Below, one piece after another: positions 27,032 through 36,129 of a stretch of 64,000 nucleotides of DNA. Within the stretch, counting starts at the first letter, position 1. The number at the start of each line of letters is the position of its first letter. Position numbers and translations under genes: made by a program. Origin of the DNA: SAR324 cluster bacterium SAR324-CTD7B (GTDB lineage Bacteria; SAR324; NAC60-12); NCBI GenBank assembly GCA_002082305.1, contig LSNO01000003.1, forward strand, positions 147 to 64,146, read 5' to 3'. The notes under the pieces are model-generated. The model ran no database searches. It was given only the letters and a program-made list of their open reading frames with translations, and was not told where the DNA came from.

Positions 27032-28870
27032 ATGAAGATAAAATATTTCGTCTTTTGTCTTGTTCTGTTCGGTTTGTCCGGACTGCCGGCAAGTTCTTCT
27101 GCAAAATCTACAAAACAATCTAACTGGCAAAGCTTCCAGTTGCAGTATCAAAGTTCGGAAACATCAAAAATGCTGGTTGGTTGGAATGGAAAGAGACTCG
27201 TTGTCAAACTGAAACCGCTGGTTGGAGAAGGAGGCTATAGTTTAGCCAGAAGAGTCCTGTTATCGAATTTTAGAAGCCTCAAAACAATACGTAAATACAG
27301 TAAAACCCGTCGTCTGTACCGGAACCGCTTCATAACTTTTCCACTCAAGGTCATTAACGGCAGTATCCGCAGTTCTGCACTTAAAGCTGTATTCTTCAAA
27401 GACAAAGCTGGTATAGGATATTGGAAACACCGTGTTACCTTTGCCTGGGAAACAACCAGTATGATTGCAGGTTTGTTCACTAAGGAGGGGATCAAGGCAG
27501 GACATTTAGTTCGTTACAATAAAATGCGCAATAAAGGTAACATACTCAAAAAAGGAGATGTCATCAAGATCCCCTGGAAATGGGTCAGTCCGGAATTGTC
27601 ACTTCGTCCAGTTTCCTTAAAACCACCGTTGAAACTTAAACAGGACAAATCAGGTAAATTTTATGCTCATTATCAAATGAAACACGGAGAGACACTTTAC
27701 TCTTCTGTCGTGATTCGTTTTACTGGACGCCTGTTAAACGATGAGGTAAACCAGGTTGCAAACAAACTGCTGAAATTAAATAATATTTCTGATGCAAAAC
27801 TAATTCAAACTCGGCAAAAAATTCGAATTCCTCTAGGGTGGTTGAGTGAAGAATATCTTGGTTCTCAAACTAATGATGTATCTTCCAGAAAGACTTCTGT
27901 TAAAAAAACAAATAAAAAGAAAACAAAAAAAATAAAATCCTCAAAAGCTGTTGCTTCGAAAAAGAAACTTAAACGTGGCAAGTCAACACAGAAAGCAGTT
28001 GCTCAGAAAACAAAATCTAAACGAAAAAATAATGTTCATAAAATACATGTGATTCTCGACTCCGGCCACGGCGGACGTGATCCGGGAGCTTCTGCAGGAT
28101 CACGAAAAAATAAAGACATTATTTACGAAGATGAGGTTGTTTACGATATCAGCAAGCGAATGTCAAAGTTGTTTAAGAAGCAGGGTATTATAGTACATCC
28201 TACACTTGCAGATCCCAACCAAAAACAACCGATACGTTATTTATCTCATCGTCATGACCGAGACGAACATCTTTTAGTCACACCGCGTTATTTGACGCGC
28301 AATGCACGTATTGGTGTTAATATGCGCGTTTACCTTGTAAACCACATTTTTAAACAATTACGAAAGAAAAAAGTCCCATCCGAGAATATTTTGTTTATCA
28401 GTCTTCATGGTGACGCACTTCATTCCTCACTGAGTGGAGCAATGGTTTATTATCCGGATCATCGCTTGCGGAGGGGACGTTTTATATTGAGTAGTAAAAT
28501 TTATCGCAAACGCAAAGAGTACATTTCAAAATTAACATATAATCCGCGCGACAACAAATATTCAGAAAAACTAAGCAAATCTTTCGGCAAAGTTATTATA
28601 AATCAGTTTCGTAAATTAAGATTGCGGACACATCGTGTTTCCTCAGCAGTAAGGGGCTATCTGTATCGAAAAGGTATAAAAACGCTTCCGGCCGTGCTGC
28701 GCTACAGTAAGGTGCCGACATCTGTTTTAGTAGAAATTGCGAATCTTAATAATAGACTCGATCGGCGTGATTTGCTAAAATCTAAAACTCGACAGCAAAT
28801 TGCAAAAGCCATTACAAATTCTGTTACTGCCCATTTTGACCGTTCAAGCGGTCTTGTCGCTCAGCGTTAG
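27032..28870 (+). CDS. N-acetylmuramoyl-L-alanine amidase (Amidase_3) with an N-terminal LysM-containing module and a Lys-rich linker
   Basis: Signal peptide. LysM (YQMKHGETLYSSVVIRF...NNISDAKLIQTRQKIRIP). K-rich linker. Amidase_3 start IHVILDSGHGGRDPGA and C-terminal ...VLVEIANLNN. Confidence 0.85.
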   Translation: MKIKYFVFCLVLFGLSGLPASSSAKSTKQSNWQSFQLQYQSSETSKMLVGWNGKRLVVKLKPLVGEGGYSLARRVLLSNFRSLKTIRKYSKTRRLYRNRFITFPLKVINGSIRSSALKAVFFKDKAGIGYWKHRVTFAWETTSMIAGLFTKEGIKAGHLVRYNKMRNKGNILKKGDVIKIPWKWVSPELSLRPVSLKPPLKLKQDKSGKFYAHYQMKHGETLYSSVVIRFTGRLLNDEVNQVANKLLKLNNISDAKLIQTRQKIRIPLGWLSEEYLGSQTNDVSSRKTSVKKTNKKKTKKIKSSKAVASKKKLKRGKSTQKAVAQKTKSKRKNNVHKIHVILDSGHGGRDPGASAGSRKNKDIIYEDEVVYDISKRMSKLFKKQGIIVHPTLADPNQKQPIRYLSHRHDRDEHLLVTPRYLTRNARIGVNMRVYLVNHIFKQLRKKKVPSENILFISLHGDALHSSLSGAMVYYPDHRLRRGRFILSSKIYRKRKEYISKLTYNPRDNKYSEKLSKSFGKVIINQFRKLRLRTHRVSSAVRGYLYRKGIKTLPAVLRYSKVPTSVLVEIANLNNRLDRRDLLKSKTRQQIAKAITNSVTAHFDRSSGLVAQR

Positions 28871-28887
28871 TCAACAAAATACTATTT

Positions 28888-29496
28888 ATGTCTTTGATCA
28901 CCTCTGTCGTTTTCGACCTTGGGAACGTCTTGATTGACTGGGATCCGCGTTATCTTTACAGAAAATTAATTCCAACTGAAACAGAGGTTGAATGGTTTTT
29001 GGAGAATATTTGTGATGAAAAGTGGAATGCCAAACATGACGCAGGATACCCTTTTTCAGACGGTATTGCCGAACATTCTAAAAAATTTCCACAATACTCT
29101 GAGTTGATTCGAGCCTGGTTTAGTCGCTGGGAAGAAATGCTGGGAGACCCTTTGGAAGAGGTTGTTGAAGTTTTATCTGCTCTAAAATCAAGTGGGATTT
29201 CACTATACATCCTCAGCAACTGGTCAGCAGAAACTTATCCAGTTGCGGAAACACGATTCGATTTCCTGCACTGGTTTGACGGTAAAGTCATTTCCGGCGA
29301 AACCGGAATGATAAAACCTGATCCGAATATTTACAAATTATTGATGAAAACTTATGGATTAACTCCGCAAAAAACTGTTTTTATAGATGATAAATCCGTC
29401 AATGTTGAAGCTGCCGATGCATTAGGAATACACGGAATTCATTACAAAAATGCCTCAAAGCTCCGGAACGACTTACGAAAGCTGAAATTGCTCTAA
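28888..29496 (+). CDS. HAD-superfamily hydrolase
   Basis: Motif I VVFDLGNVLIDWD. Motif IV-like region VFIDDKSVNVEAADALG. About 200 aa. Confidence 0.8.
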   Translation: MSLITSVVFDLGNVLIDWDPRYLYRKLIPTETEVEWFLENICDEKWNAKHDAGYPFSDGIAEHSKKFPQYSELIRAWFSRWEEMLGDPLEEVVEVLSALKSSGISLYILSNWSAETYPVAETRFDFLHWFDGKVISGETGMIKPDPNIYKLLMKTYGLTPQKTVFIDDKSVNVEAADALGIHGIHYKNASKLRNDLRKLKLL

Positions 29497-29609
29497 CTTG
29501 TGATTCCTGCTCACCAAGTTGCCTTTTTTTCACATTTAATCTATTCTGTCCTCTTTATCTTTTCCATTTCTGGAATTGCCAGGGAACTTATTATTTAATT
29601 GCGGAAACC

Positions 29610-29987
29610 TTGAGAAAACTTGTTGTTTTAAGCTGTGTTTTTTTGATTATTTCCGGCATAATGTTGGCATACTCAGAACTGTTGCCGTGGGTAAAAGAGT
29701 CTTCTGCAACATCCTTACTGCATATCTGGGCAGGCGTGTTCTTTATTGTTATTTTCCCCATGTATGCATGGGATCACATTCGGGGACATGCAGATCGTCT
29801 GCGAAAATTTTCTCTGGTTACGGCTTCCGGAATACTCCAGTTTTTTACCGGCTTGGGATTGATTATTTCCGGAATTATATTACTTCTTTATGGTGCATAT
29901 GCTCTCGATTTACCCCGTGAAATTCATCTGGTACTAACGTTTGTATTGGCAGGAAGTCTTATTATGCATAAAATTTCTAGAAAATAA
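29610..29987 (+). CDS. Small integral membrane protein (about 4 TM helices), unknown function
   Basis: Four hydrophobic segments. TTG start. Preferred over the overlapping 29576..29920 ORF, whose translation is Cys/Arg-rich and non-protein-like. Confidence 0.55.
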   Translation: MRKLVVLSCVFLIISGIMLAYSELLPWVKESSATSLLHIWAGVFFIVIFPMYAWDHIRGHADRLRKFSLVTASGILQFFTGLGLIISGIILLLYGAYALDLPREIHLVLTFVLAGSLIMHKISRK

Positions 29988-30042
29988 ATTACTGGGTTTT
30001 AATCAAGCTTTTCGAACACTCGACAGTCACGAGTTTTATTGT

Positions 30043-30117
30043 GTCATCCCGAACGTATGTGAGGGATCTTATAAGATAACAGTACTTTATCATATCTCTT
30101 ATTTCGGTCGAGGTGAC
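30043..30117. repeat. Palindromic intergenic repeat, copy B
   Basis: Left arm gtcatcccgaacgtatgtgagggatct (30043-30069). The right-arm reverse complement is gtcacctcgaccgaaataagagat (30094-30117). Confidence 0.7.
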
Positions 30118-30162
30118 ATACCGCAGTCAATAATATCAGTATATTACGAGAATTTATGACTC

Positions 30163-31746
30163 ATGAGTTCGAACAGAACAGCACATACTATGTCTTCTAC
30201 TAAAAAAATTCAATTAATGGACACCACGCTGAGGGATGGAGAGCAGACCCAGGGAGTCTCATTCACACCACCTGAGAAGGCCAATATAGCCAAAACACTG
30301 TTGAAAAAGCTGCGTGTTGATCGAATAGAAGTCACTTCCGCAAGGATTTCTGAAGGTGAATTAGGTTCCGTACAAAACATTGCAGAGTGGGCTGCGGAAA
30401 ATGGTTTTTTGGAATGTATCGAGGTTTTGGGATTCATCGACCACAAACGAAGTGTTGACTGGATTAAAGAATCAGGTTCTACCGTCATGAACCTGTTAAC
30501 CAAAGGCAGCGAAAATCACTGTACAAATCAACTCAGAAAAACCTTAAAAGAACATCTTGCCGACATCCATAATACTATAAAATATGCACATTCAAAAAAC
30601 CTGAATGTAAACGTTTATCTTGAAGACTGGTCGAACGGATATCACAACAGTCCGGAATATGTTTACGAGATGATGGACGCACTGAAGGATGAGGGCATCA
30701 ATCATTTCATGCTTCCGGATACGCTTGGCGTGTTGTCTCCCGATGAAGTATTTTCCAGCCTTTCGGATATGATTGAACGTTTCCCCTGGGCAACTATAGA
30801 TTTTCATCCGCATAATGATTACGGTTTGGGAGTGGCAAATGTGTATTATGCAGTCAAAGCTGGAGTGAGAAACATCCACTGCACAATGAATTGTCTTGGT
30901 GAGCGTGCAGGAAATGCTTCACTTGCAGAAATTGCCGTTGTTCTGCATGACAAACTTGGGATGGAACTCTCGATTGACGAATCGCATCTTTCGCCGGTGA
31001 GTGAAATGATAGAGAGTTTTTCCGGAAAAAGGCTGGCTGAAAATACGCCAATTGTTGGAGAAAATGTTTTTACTCAAACCAGTGGCATCCATGCAGATGG
31101 AGACAAAAAGGGGAATTTATATCACAACCCGATAGTGCCGGAACGTTTTGGGCGTAAAAGAAGTTATGCTCTTGGAAAAATGAGCGGAAAAGCCTCTCTT
31201 GCAAAAAACCTGGAACTGTTGGGCATACAACTCGTTGATGAAAACTTTAATAAAGTTCTCAAACGTGTTGTAGAGCTTGGTGATTCAAAAAAATCGTTGA
31301 CTGCAGCAGATTTACCGTTCATTATCACGGATGTGCTTGAGACCAGTGATACTCAGCGAATTGAGTTGCTTAACTGCTCAATTACAAGTGGATATAATTT
31401 AAGAGCCACTGCCACAATTCATCTTAAAATTGATTCGAAAGAGTATCATGAAGCAGGAAGTGGCAATGGTGGATACGATGCTTTTATGAGTGCTATCAAA
31501 AAAATATTGAAAAGGATCCACCTTGATGCTCCTGAGTTAGTGGATTATCAAGTCAGGATTCCACGCGGCGGAAAATCGAATGCTCTCACAGAAGCAATTA
31601 TCACCTGGCAGATTAATGGAAAACGTCTTCAAACAATCGGAGTTGATTCAGATCAGGTTATTTCAGCCGTAAATGCAACTCTCAAGATGCTCAATTTGCA
31701 ACTGCTACAAAAAAAGCAACTGAACGCTAAGCCTAAAGTGAGTTGA
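30163..31746 (+). CDS. 2-isopropylmalate / (R)-citramalate synthase family enzyme (LeuA/CimA type with C-terminal regulatory domain)
   Basis: IQLMDTTLRDGEQTQGVSF (HMGL-like DRE-TIM barrel), HPHNDYGLGVAN, and a C-terminal LeuA-dimer-like domain. 527 aa. Confidence 0.85.
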   Translation: MSSNRTAHTMSSTKKIQLMDTTLRDGEQTQGVSFTPPEKANIAKTLLKKLRVDRIEVTSARISEGELGSVQNIAEWAAENGFLECIEVLGFIDHKRSVDWIKESGSTVMNLLTKGSENHCTNQLRKTLKEHLADIHNTIKYAHSKNLNVNVYLEDWSNGYHNSPEYVYEMMDALKDEGINHFMLPDTLGVLSPDEVFSSLSDMIERFPWATIDFHPHNDYGLGVANVYYAVKAGVRNIHCTMNCLGERAGNASLAEIAVVLHDKLGMELSIDESHLSPVSEMIESFSGKRLAENTPIVGENVFTQTSGIHADGDKKGNLYHNPIVPERFGRKRSYALGKMSGKASLAKNLELLGIQLVDENFNKVLKRVVELGDSKKSLTAADLPFIITDVLETSDTQRIELLNCSITSGYNLRATATIHLKIDSKEYHEAGSGNGGYDAFMSAIKKILKRIHLDAPELVDYQVRIPRGGKSNALTEAIITWQINGKRLQTIGVDSDQVISAVNATLKMLNLQLLQKKQLNAKPKVS

Positions 31747-31773
31747 TTATTTGGAGTTCAGTTCCTTTCCAGA

Positions 31774-33117
31774 GTGAGCGCCAACTACTTTCCGCACTCT
31801 GCGGAGTTTAAAAACATGAGTCCGTTAACTGCTGAGGACAAACTGTCCACGATTTACTTCCCCTTAACTGCAAACCCTGCCGGTAACCACCATTTGTTAT
31901 TGGTTGAGAGCGTTCTGCAGCAATTCCCGGAAACCAAACTTGTTGTATTTTTGCTTTCAAACGGCCTGCATCCGGATCCCTTCAAACATCAAAAAATCCC
32001 TCATGCAGCGTTACGTCTGGAAATTTTACGGAGTGCACTGGCCGACTGGACTGATCCAGAAAAATCACTGCCCGCACAAATTGCTGAAGAAGCCGGAACA
32101 TCCCTAAAATTAAATCCGAATAATTGCGCAATCTCGCGCTATGAACTATCTCTCAATCGGCCACTGCGTTTTGTTGAACATCTAAAAAACATTTCCGGAA
32201 CAGAAAAAATCCCAATGATAGTAGGCGCAGATTTGATTGAACGCATGCTAAATCCGCAGATTTTCACAACAGTGGACTTGAAGGAAATAGAGAAAGGCTG
32301 TCACTTACTGGCCGCGTCGCGCAATAACATAGAACTTGAATCAATTCTGCAGTTGGTAAAGCAAAAACGTGGTGTTACTTTAACAGTTACTCACATTATG
32401 CCCAAAGCCATAGCATCAAATCTGCAAAAATTCTTATTGATTTCATCGACTCTAATCCGCAGAGCTACTCAAGCAGGACATGTTCTTGAAGCTTTTTTAC
32501 CGAAAAATGCTGCGAGACTAATACAGCAAAATAGTTTGTACGACGGTTCCTCCCATGTCTTTAATTTTCAGACTGTAAACATGAATGAACTTCAACTGCG
32601 CTGTTCTGAATTGGAGAGGCAATTAGAAGAAGCTGCAAAAAAACTGCAGAAATTGCTTGATCAACTGGAAACACAAAACAGAGCACACCGCTTTGCTGTT
32701 GTGGAAACCAGTGCTGGTGGACAAATCGCGGAAAGTTGCACCAGCAAATCAGGAGCTTCTCAGCATTTTCTTGCAGGCCGAGTTCTCTATAGTCTGGAAG
32801 CTCAAAAGCAATTTCTGGGACGAAAATTTGCTGAAAATTCGAGTCTATCTGATAAACAAGTCCGGCAACTGGCCAAAGTAATGCAAAAAGAATCCGGAGC
32901 AGACTGGGTACTCGCAGAAACAGGCATGGCAGGTCCTCCTTCTCCGGAAAGAAGAAGCAAAAAAAATGGACAATGTCATCTTGGACTGGCATTATCTTCA
33001 GAAGTCAAGTACAAGTATCTGGAGTTAAATCCTTTTTTGACGCGAAAAGAACATCAGTTATTGTTTGCGATTGAGGCCCTGATCTGGGCTGAAAGTGTGC
33101 TTAAAGAACATAATTAA
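31774..33117 (+). CDS. Fusion: NadD-like nucleotidyltransferase + coiled-coil linker + CinA-C/PncC-like (NMN deamidase family) domain
   Basis: The N-terminal half carries a degenerate (H/T)xGH region (NPAGNHHLLLVE) and the NadD-type ISSTLIR motif. The C-terminal half (AVVETSAGGQIAESCTSKSGASQHFLAGRVLYSLEAQKQFLG...LAETGMAGP) resembles CinA_C. The start may be the ATG at 31816. Confidence 0.6.
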   Translation: MSANYFPHSAEFKNMSPLTAEDKLSTIYFPLTANPAGNHHLLLVESVLQQFPETKLVVFLLSNGLHPDPFKHQKIPHAALRLEILRSALADWTDPEKSLPAQIAEEAGTSLKLNPNNCAISRYELSLNRPLRFVEHLKNISGTEKIPMIVGADLIERMLNPQIFTTVDLKEIEKGCHLLAASRNNIELESILQLVKQKRGVTLTVTHIMPKAIASNLQKFLLISSTLIRRATQAGHVLEAFLPKNAARLIQQNSLYDGSSHVFNFQTVNMNELQLRCSELERQLEEAAKKLQKLLDQLETQNRAHRFAVVETSAGGQIAESCTSKSGASQHFLAGRVLYSLEAQKQFLGRKFAENSSLSDKQVRQLAKVMQKESGADWVLAETGMAGPPSPERRSKKNGQCHLGLALSSEVKYKYLELNPFLTRKEHQLLFAIEALIWAESVLKEHN

Positions 33118-33126
33118 AATTTTCAG

Positions 33127-34149
33127 ATGAGAGAATTACTGCAAAAATTACTGGCTGCTGAAGAACTTAGTTTTGAGGAAGCACGGGAAATGATTCTTTG
33201 GATTATGAGTGAAGATGCGGTTTCTGTGCAGGCAGCAGCTTTGTTGGCTCTTTTACAGGCAAAGGGTGTGACAGTAGAGGAAATGGCAGGTGCAGCTCTG
33301 GCTATGCGAGAACGGGCATCCGCAATTGCAGCACCAAAAAATGCGATTGACACGTGCAGTACCGGCGGAAATGGAATCAGTACTTTTAATATTTCTACTT
33401 GCGCTGCAATCATTGCAGCAGCAGCTGGTGCAGTTGTCGCTAAACACGGTAACCGCAGCAACACACGTAAAAGCGGAAGCGCTGAAGCTCTGGAAGCTTT
33501 GGGAGTAAATATTTCTTTGGAATTAAAGGAGGTCGAAAGCTGTCTCAAGGCATTGGATATTTGTTTTTGTTATGCAATAAATCATCATCCCGCCATGCGC
33601 TTTGCCGGCCCAATTCGTAAAGATCTGGGAATACCAACAATCTTTAATTTACTTGGCCCACTTACCAATCCTGCTGCAGCCAGGAGTCAACTCATAGGTG
33701 TGCCGAACAAAGAACTGACTTTGAAAATCGCCCAGGTACTAAAACGGCTAGGCAGTAACAGAGTATTAGTGGTTCATGGAGATGATGGACTTTGCGAACT
33801 AACAGTTACAGCACCAACTCATGTGGCTGAGCTTCGTGACGGTAAGATCCGTGAATATGATGTAACTCCGGATGAGTTGGGATTCAAGCAGGGTAATTTG
33901 GCTGATATTGGCATCGACAGTCCGGAAGAAAGTGCGAAGATTATTGAACGAATCTTTTCTGGAGCCGATACAGGAACTGCACGTGATATTGCCCTGGCAA
34001 ATGCTGCAGGAGCATTAGTTGTTTCTGGCCTGGTGGATGAGTTACGGGAAGGTGTTGAGCTGGCGGCTAAAACCGTGGACAGTGGTAAGGCAGAAGAAAA
34101 ACTGAAAAATTTGATAAAATTCTCCCAGGCAAACCACCAACAAGCTTAA
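33127..34149 (+). CDS. trpD: Anthranilate phosphoribosyltransferase
   Basis: DTCSTGGNGISTFNISTCAAIIAAAAGAVVAKHGNRSNTRKSGSAEALEALGV, and later NLLGPLTNPA. These are canonical TrpD blocks. Confidence 0.9.
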   Translation: MRELLQKLLAAEELSFEEAREMILWIMSEDAVSVQAAALLALLQAKGVTVEEMAGAALAMRERASAIAAPKNAIDTCSTGGNGISTFNISTCAAIIAAAAGAVVAKHGNRSNTRKSGSAEALEALGVNISLELKEVESCLKALDICFCYAINHHPAMRFAGPIRKDLGIPTIFNLLGPLTNPAAARSQLIGVPNKELTLKIAQVLKRLGSNRVLVVHGDDGLCELTVTAPTHVAELRDGKIREYDVTPDELGFKQGNLADIGIDSPEESAKIIERIFSGADTGTARDIALANAAGALVVSGLVDELREGVELAAKTVDSGKAEEKLKNLIKFSQANHQQA

Positions 34150-34229
34150 AAGAGGTTGTTTCTCAGTCCCGCCTTATTTGAATAGTAGTGTGTTTGTTTG
34201 ATCATCTAAATGTGTACTGTTTTATTGGC

Positions 34230-35030
34230 TCAGTCCACCCCCAGTTTGCGGATGACTTTCCACACCAGTTCAGGTTCATCACTAATAATTCCGGTAACAC
34301 CCCACTGAATCAACTGCTCCATCCGCTTCTCTTTATTGATGGTGTATGGGAAAATTCGAAAGCCGTCTGCTTTCAATGTTTCAATAAGAGATGGAGTAAC
34401 AAAATTTTCATCAGGATGAAAGGAATATGCGCCTTGTCGACTGCAGAGGCCCAAGGCTAATTCCTCTGAAAGAGGTGCTTCCTGTAATGGTGCAACTTTG
34501 GGAAGAGTTGACTTGCCCTGGTTTCGATACCACCTCTGGATTCTTGCAAAAAAGAAATGCTCAAAACTTGAAATCAATACAGAATCACCCATCTCAAGCT
34601 TTTCCACCAGTTCGCAAATTTGTGATTCAATCCCATCCGGTATAGCAGGAGATTCAAAACTTTCCGGTTTGATTTCGATATTGACTGTAATTCGCCCTTT
34701 GACTGACATCAGCAGTTCCTCGAGAGTCGGAATAACCTCTCCGCTAAATTTTGCACTGAACCAACTGCCTGCGTCCAATTCTTTTAATTCAGCCAGTGTA
34801 TGTTCTGACACAGGGCCAGAGCCATTGGTTGTTCTATCCAAAGTATTGTCATGAATTACCACTGGAATTCGATCACGTGTAAGACTTACATCAAGTTCAA
34901 TCATATCTGCATTCACTCCAATTGCTGCCTCAAAAGCAACTAAAGTATTTTCAGGATATGAGCCCCGATATCCTCTGTGAGCAACGACCCAAGGTCTTTT
35001 TATTTGCTCAAGTGTTTTTATATTTTCCAT
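34230..35030 (-). CDS. Glycerophosphodiester phosphodiesterase (GDPD family)
   Basis: VVAHRGYRGSYPENTLVAFEAA...MIELDVSLTRDRIPVVIHD are GDPD catalytic motifs. Confidence 0.85.
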   Translation of the reverse strand: MENIKTLEQIKRPWVVAHRGYRGSYPENTLVAFEAAIGVNADMIELDVSLTRDRIPVVIHDNTLDRTTNGSGPVSEHTLAELKELDAGSWFSAKFSGEVIPTLEELLMSVKGRITVNIEIKPESFESPAIPDGIESQICELVEKLEMGDSVLISSFEHFFFARIQRWYRNQGKSTLPKVAPLQEAPLSEELALGLCSRQGAYSFHPDENFVTPSLIETLKADGFRIFPYTINKEKRMEQLIQWGVTGIISDEPELVWKVIRKLGVD

Positions 35031-35085
35031 AGATTGACACCTTTGTGAAGTTGGTATAAAATTTTGCTAAGAATATTTTAGTCAC

Positions 35086-36051
35086 ATGAGACAAAGTGTC
35101 CAGCATATCGTTTCTGGCGAAAAACTCAATTCCAATGGAATATCCATGTTTGAATTTAAAGATCTGACAAATGATAATGAATTTAATGCGTCGGATTACC
35201 GCCTGAATTCACGCGAATTTTTCGAGAAACGCCGCACTTCAAAGCGGCCTTATGTTTACGATCTGCGCAGTTCTGAAGCATATGAGTTGGAAAATATTCC
35301 AGGTTCACATAATTTGCCCATTGAACATTTTGAAACCTCCATTTATCAAATGCCTTTTGCAGGAGATATCCTGCTTTACGGCGGAGAAGACGGAGAAGTC
35401 CTTACTGCAGCAGAAATTCTCTATGACAATGGCTTTGACTCGTTCTGTTTTACAGATTCTTTTGAAGCACATTTGAGCAGCGCAGAAGCTTCATACTTGT
35501 CCATCACAGATGCTGCCCAAAAACAGATTAAAGACCAACTCCAAAACTCTGATTCACTGACTGGTGTTCAAATAATAGTTGAACCGACCTCTCCGTTGAA
35601 AGCAAAATATAGAATTGAACTGGTGGAATCAACAGCAGCAGGGAGCATAAAGTTAAATCTCAAAGGAATTAATATATTTTCGGAACGAAAAACGGCTTCG
35701 TATCTGGAGGGAACAATTATTGAAATTAACGGTGAAGGAGAGCTGGAGCCGAGGAATCCGCAACTCTCAATCAGCAAATTAAGCGGTTCCCTAGAAGAAC
35801 AGATACAACTCATGTTGGATGAACAAGTCAACCCGATGCTTGCTTCACATGGTGGAAATGTCATGCTTGAAGGAATTAAGGACAGCACTGCATACGTGCG
35901 TTTTGGTGGTGGTTGTCAGGGCTGCAGCATGATCGATACTACTGTCAAACAGGGAGTAGAGGTGATGCTCAAAGAGGCCATCCCGGATCTGGCCGGAGTA
36001 TATGACGTAACAGACCACTCAGAGGGAGAATCTCCATTTTTCACTGGTTAA
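35086..36051 (+). CDS. Fusion: rhodanese-homology domain (no active-site Cys seen) + NfuA-like (degenerate A-type carrier + Nfu CxxC domain) Fe-S protein
   Basis: Rhodanese-like block YVYDLRSSEAYELENIPGSHNLP...ILLYGGEDG. Nfu domain NPMLASHGGNVMLEGIKDSTAYVRFGGGCQGCSM. The start may be the ATG at 35146. Confidence 0.7.
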   Translation: MRQSVQHIVSGEKLNSNGISMFEFKDLTNDNEFNASDYRLNSREFFEKRRTSKRPYVYDLRSSEAYELENIPGSHNLPIEHFETSIYQMPFAGDILLYGGEDGEVLTAAEILYDNGFDSFCFTDSFEAHLSSAEASYLSITDAAQKQIKDQLQNSDSLTGVQIIVEPTSPLKAKYRIELVESTAAGSIKLNLKGINIFSERKTASYLEGTIIEINGEGELEPRNPQLSISKLSGSLEEQIQLMLDEQVNPMLASHGGNVMLEGIKDSTAYVRFGGGCQGCSMIDTTVKQGVEVMLKEAIPDLAGVYDVTDHSEGESPFFTG

Positions 36052-36129
36052 TTCTTCTGTAGTTTCAAAAAATATGGAAGCGGTTATCCAATAATACTTC
36101 TTTACATCATCCAAATCACCTGCCTTTTC

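Noticed and set aside
27023-27034. TAG read-through or recoding joining the two same-frame LysM genes (25967..27025 and 27032..28870).
   Set aside because: The second ORF begins with its own Met and a full signal peptide (MKIKYFVFCLVLFGLSGLPASSSA). Sharing a frame is a 1-in-3 coincidence.
29941-30159. 72-aa ORF containing VIPNVCEGS.
   Set aside because: It is read straight through palindromic repeat copy B. This peptide pattern is the typical translation artefact of this repeat class.
31744-31776. In-frame TGA between the LeuA/CimA-family gene and the NadD-like gene as a possible selenocysteine or read-through site.
   Set aside because: The synthase ends at a normal length with its regulatory domain complete. 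The intervening codons (LFGVQFLSR) are not conserved-looking, and no SECIS-like hairpin is evident.
33123-33548. 141-aa minus-strand ORF (and 33253..33447) opposite trpD.
   Set aside because: It is an Ala-rich antisense shadow of the GC-rich, Ala-rich trpD segment. trpD motifs are unambiguous on the plus strand.
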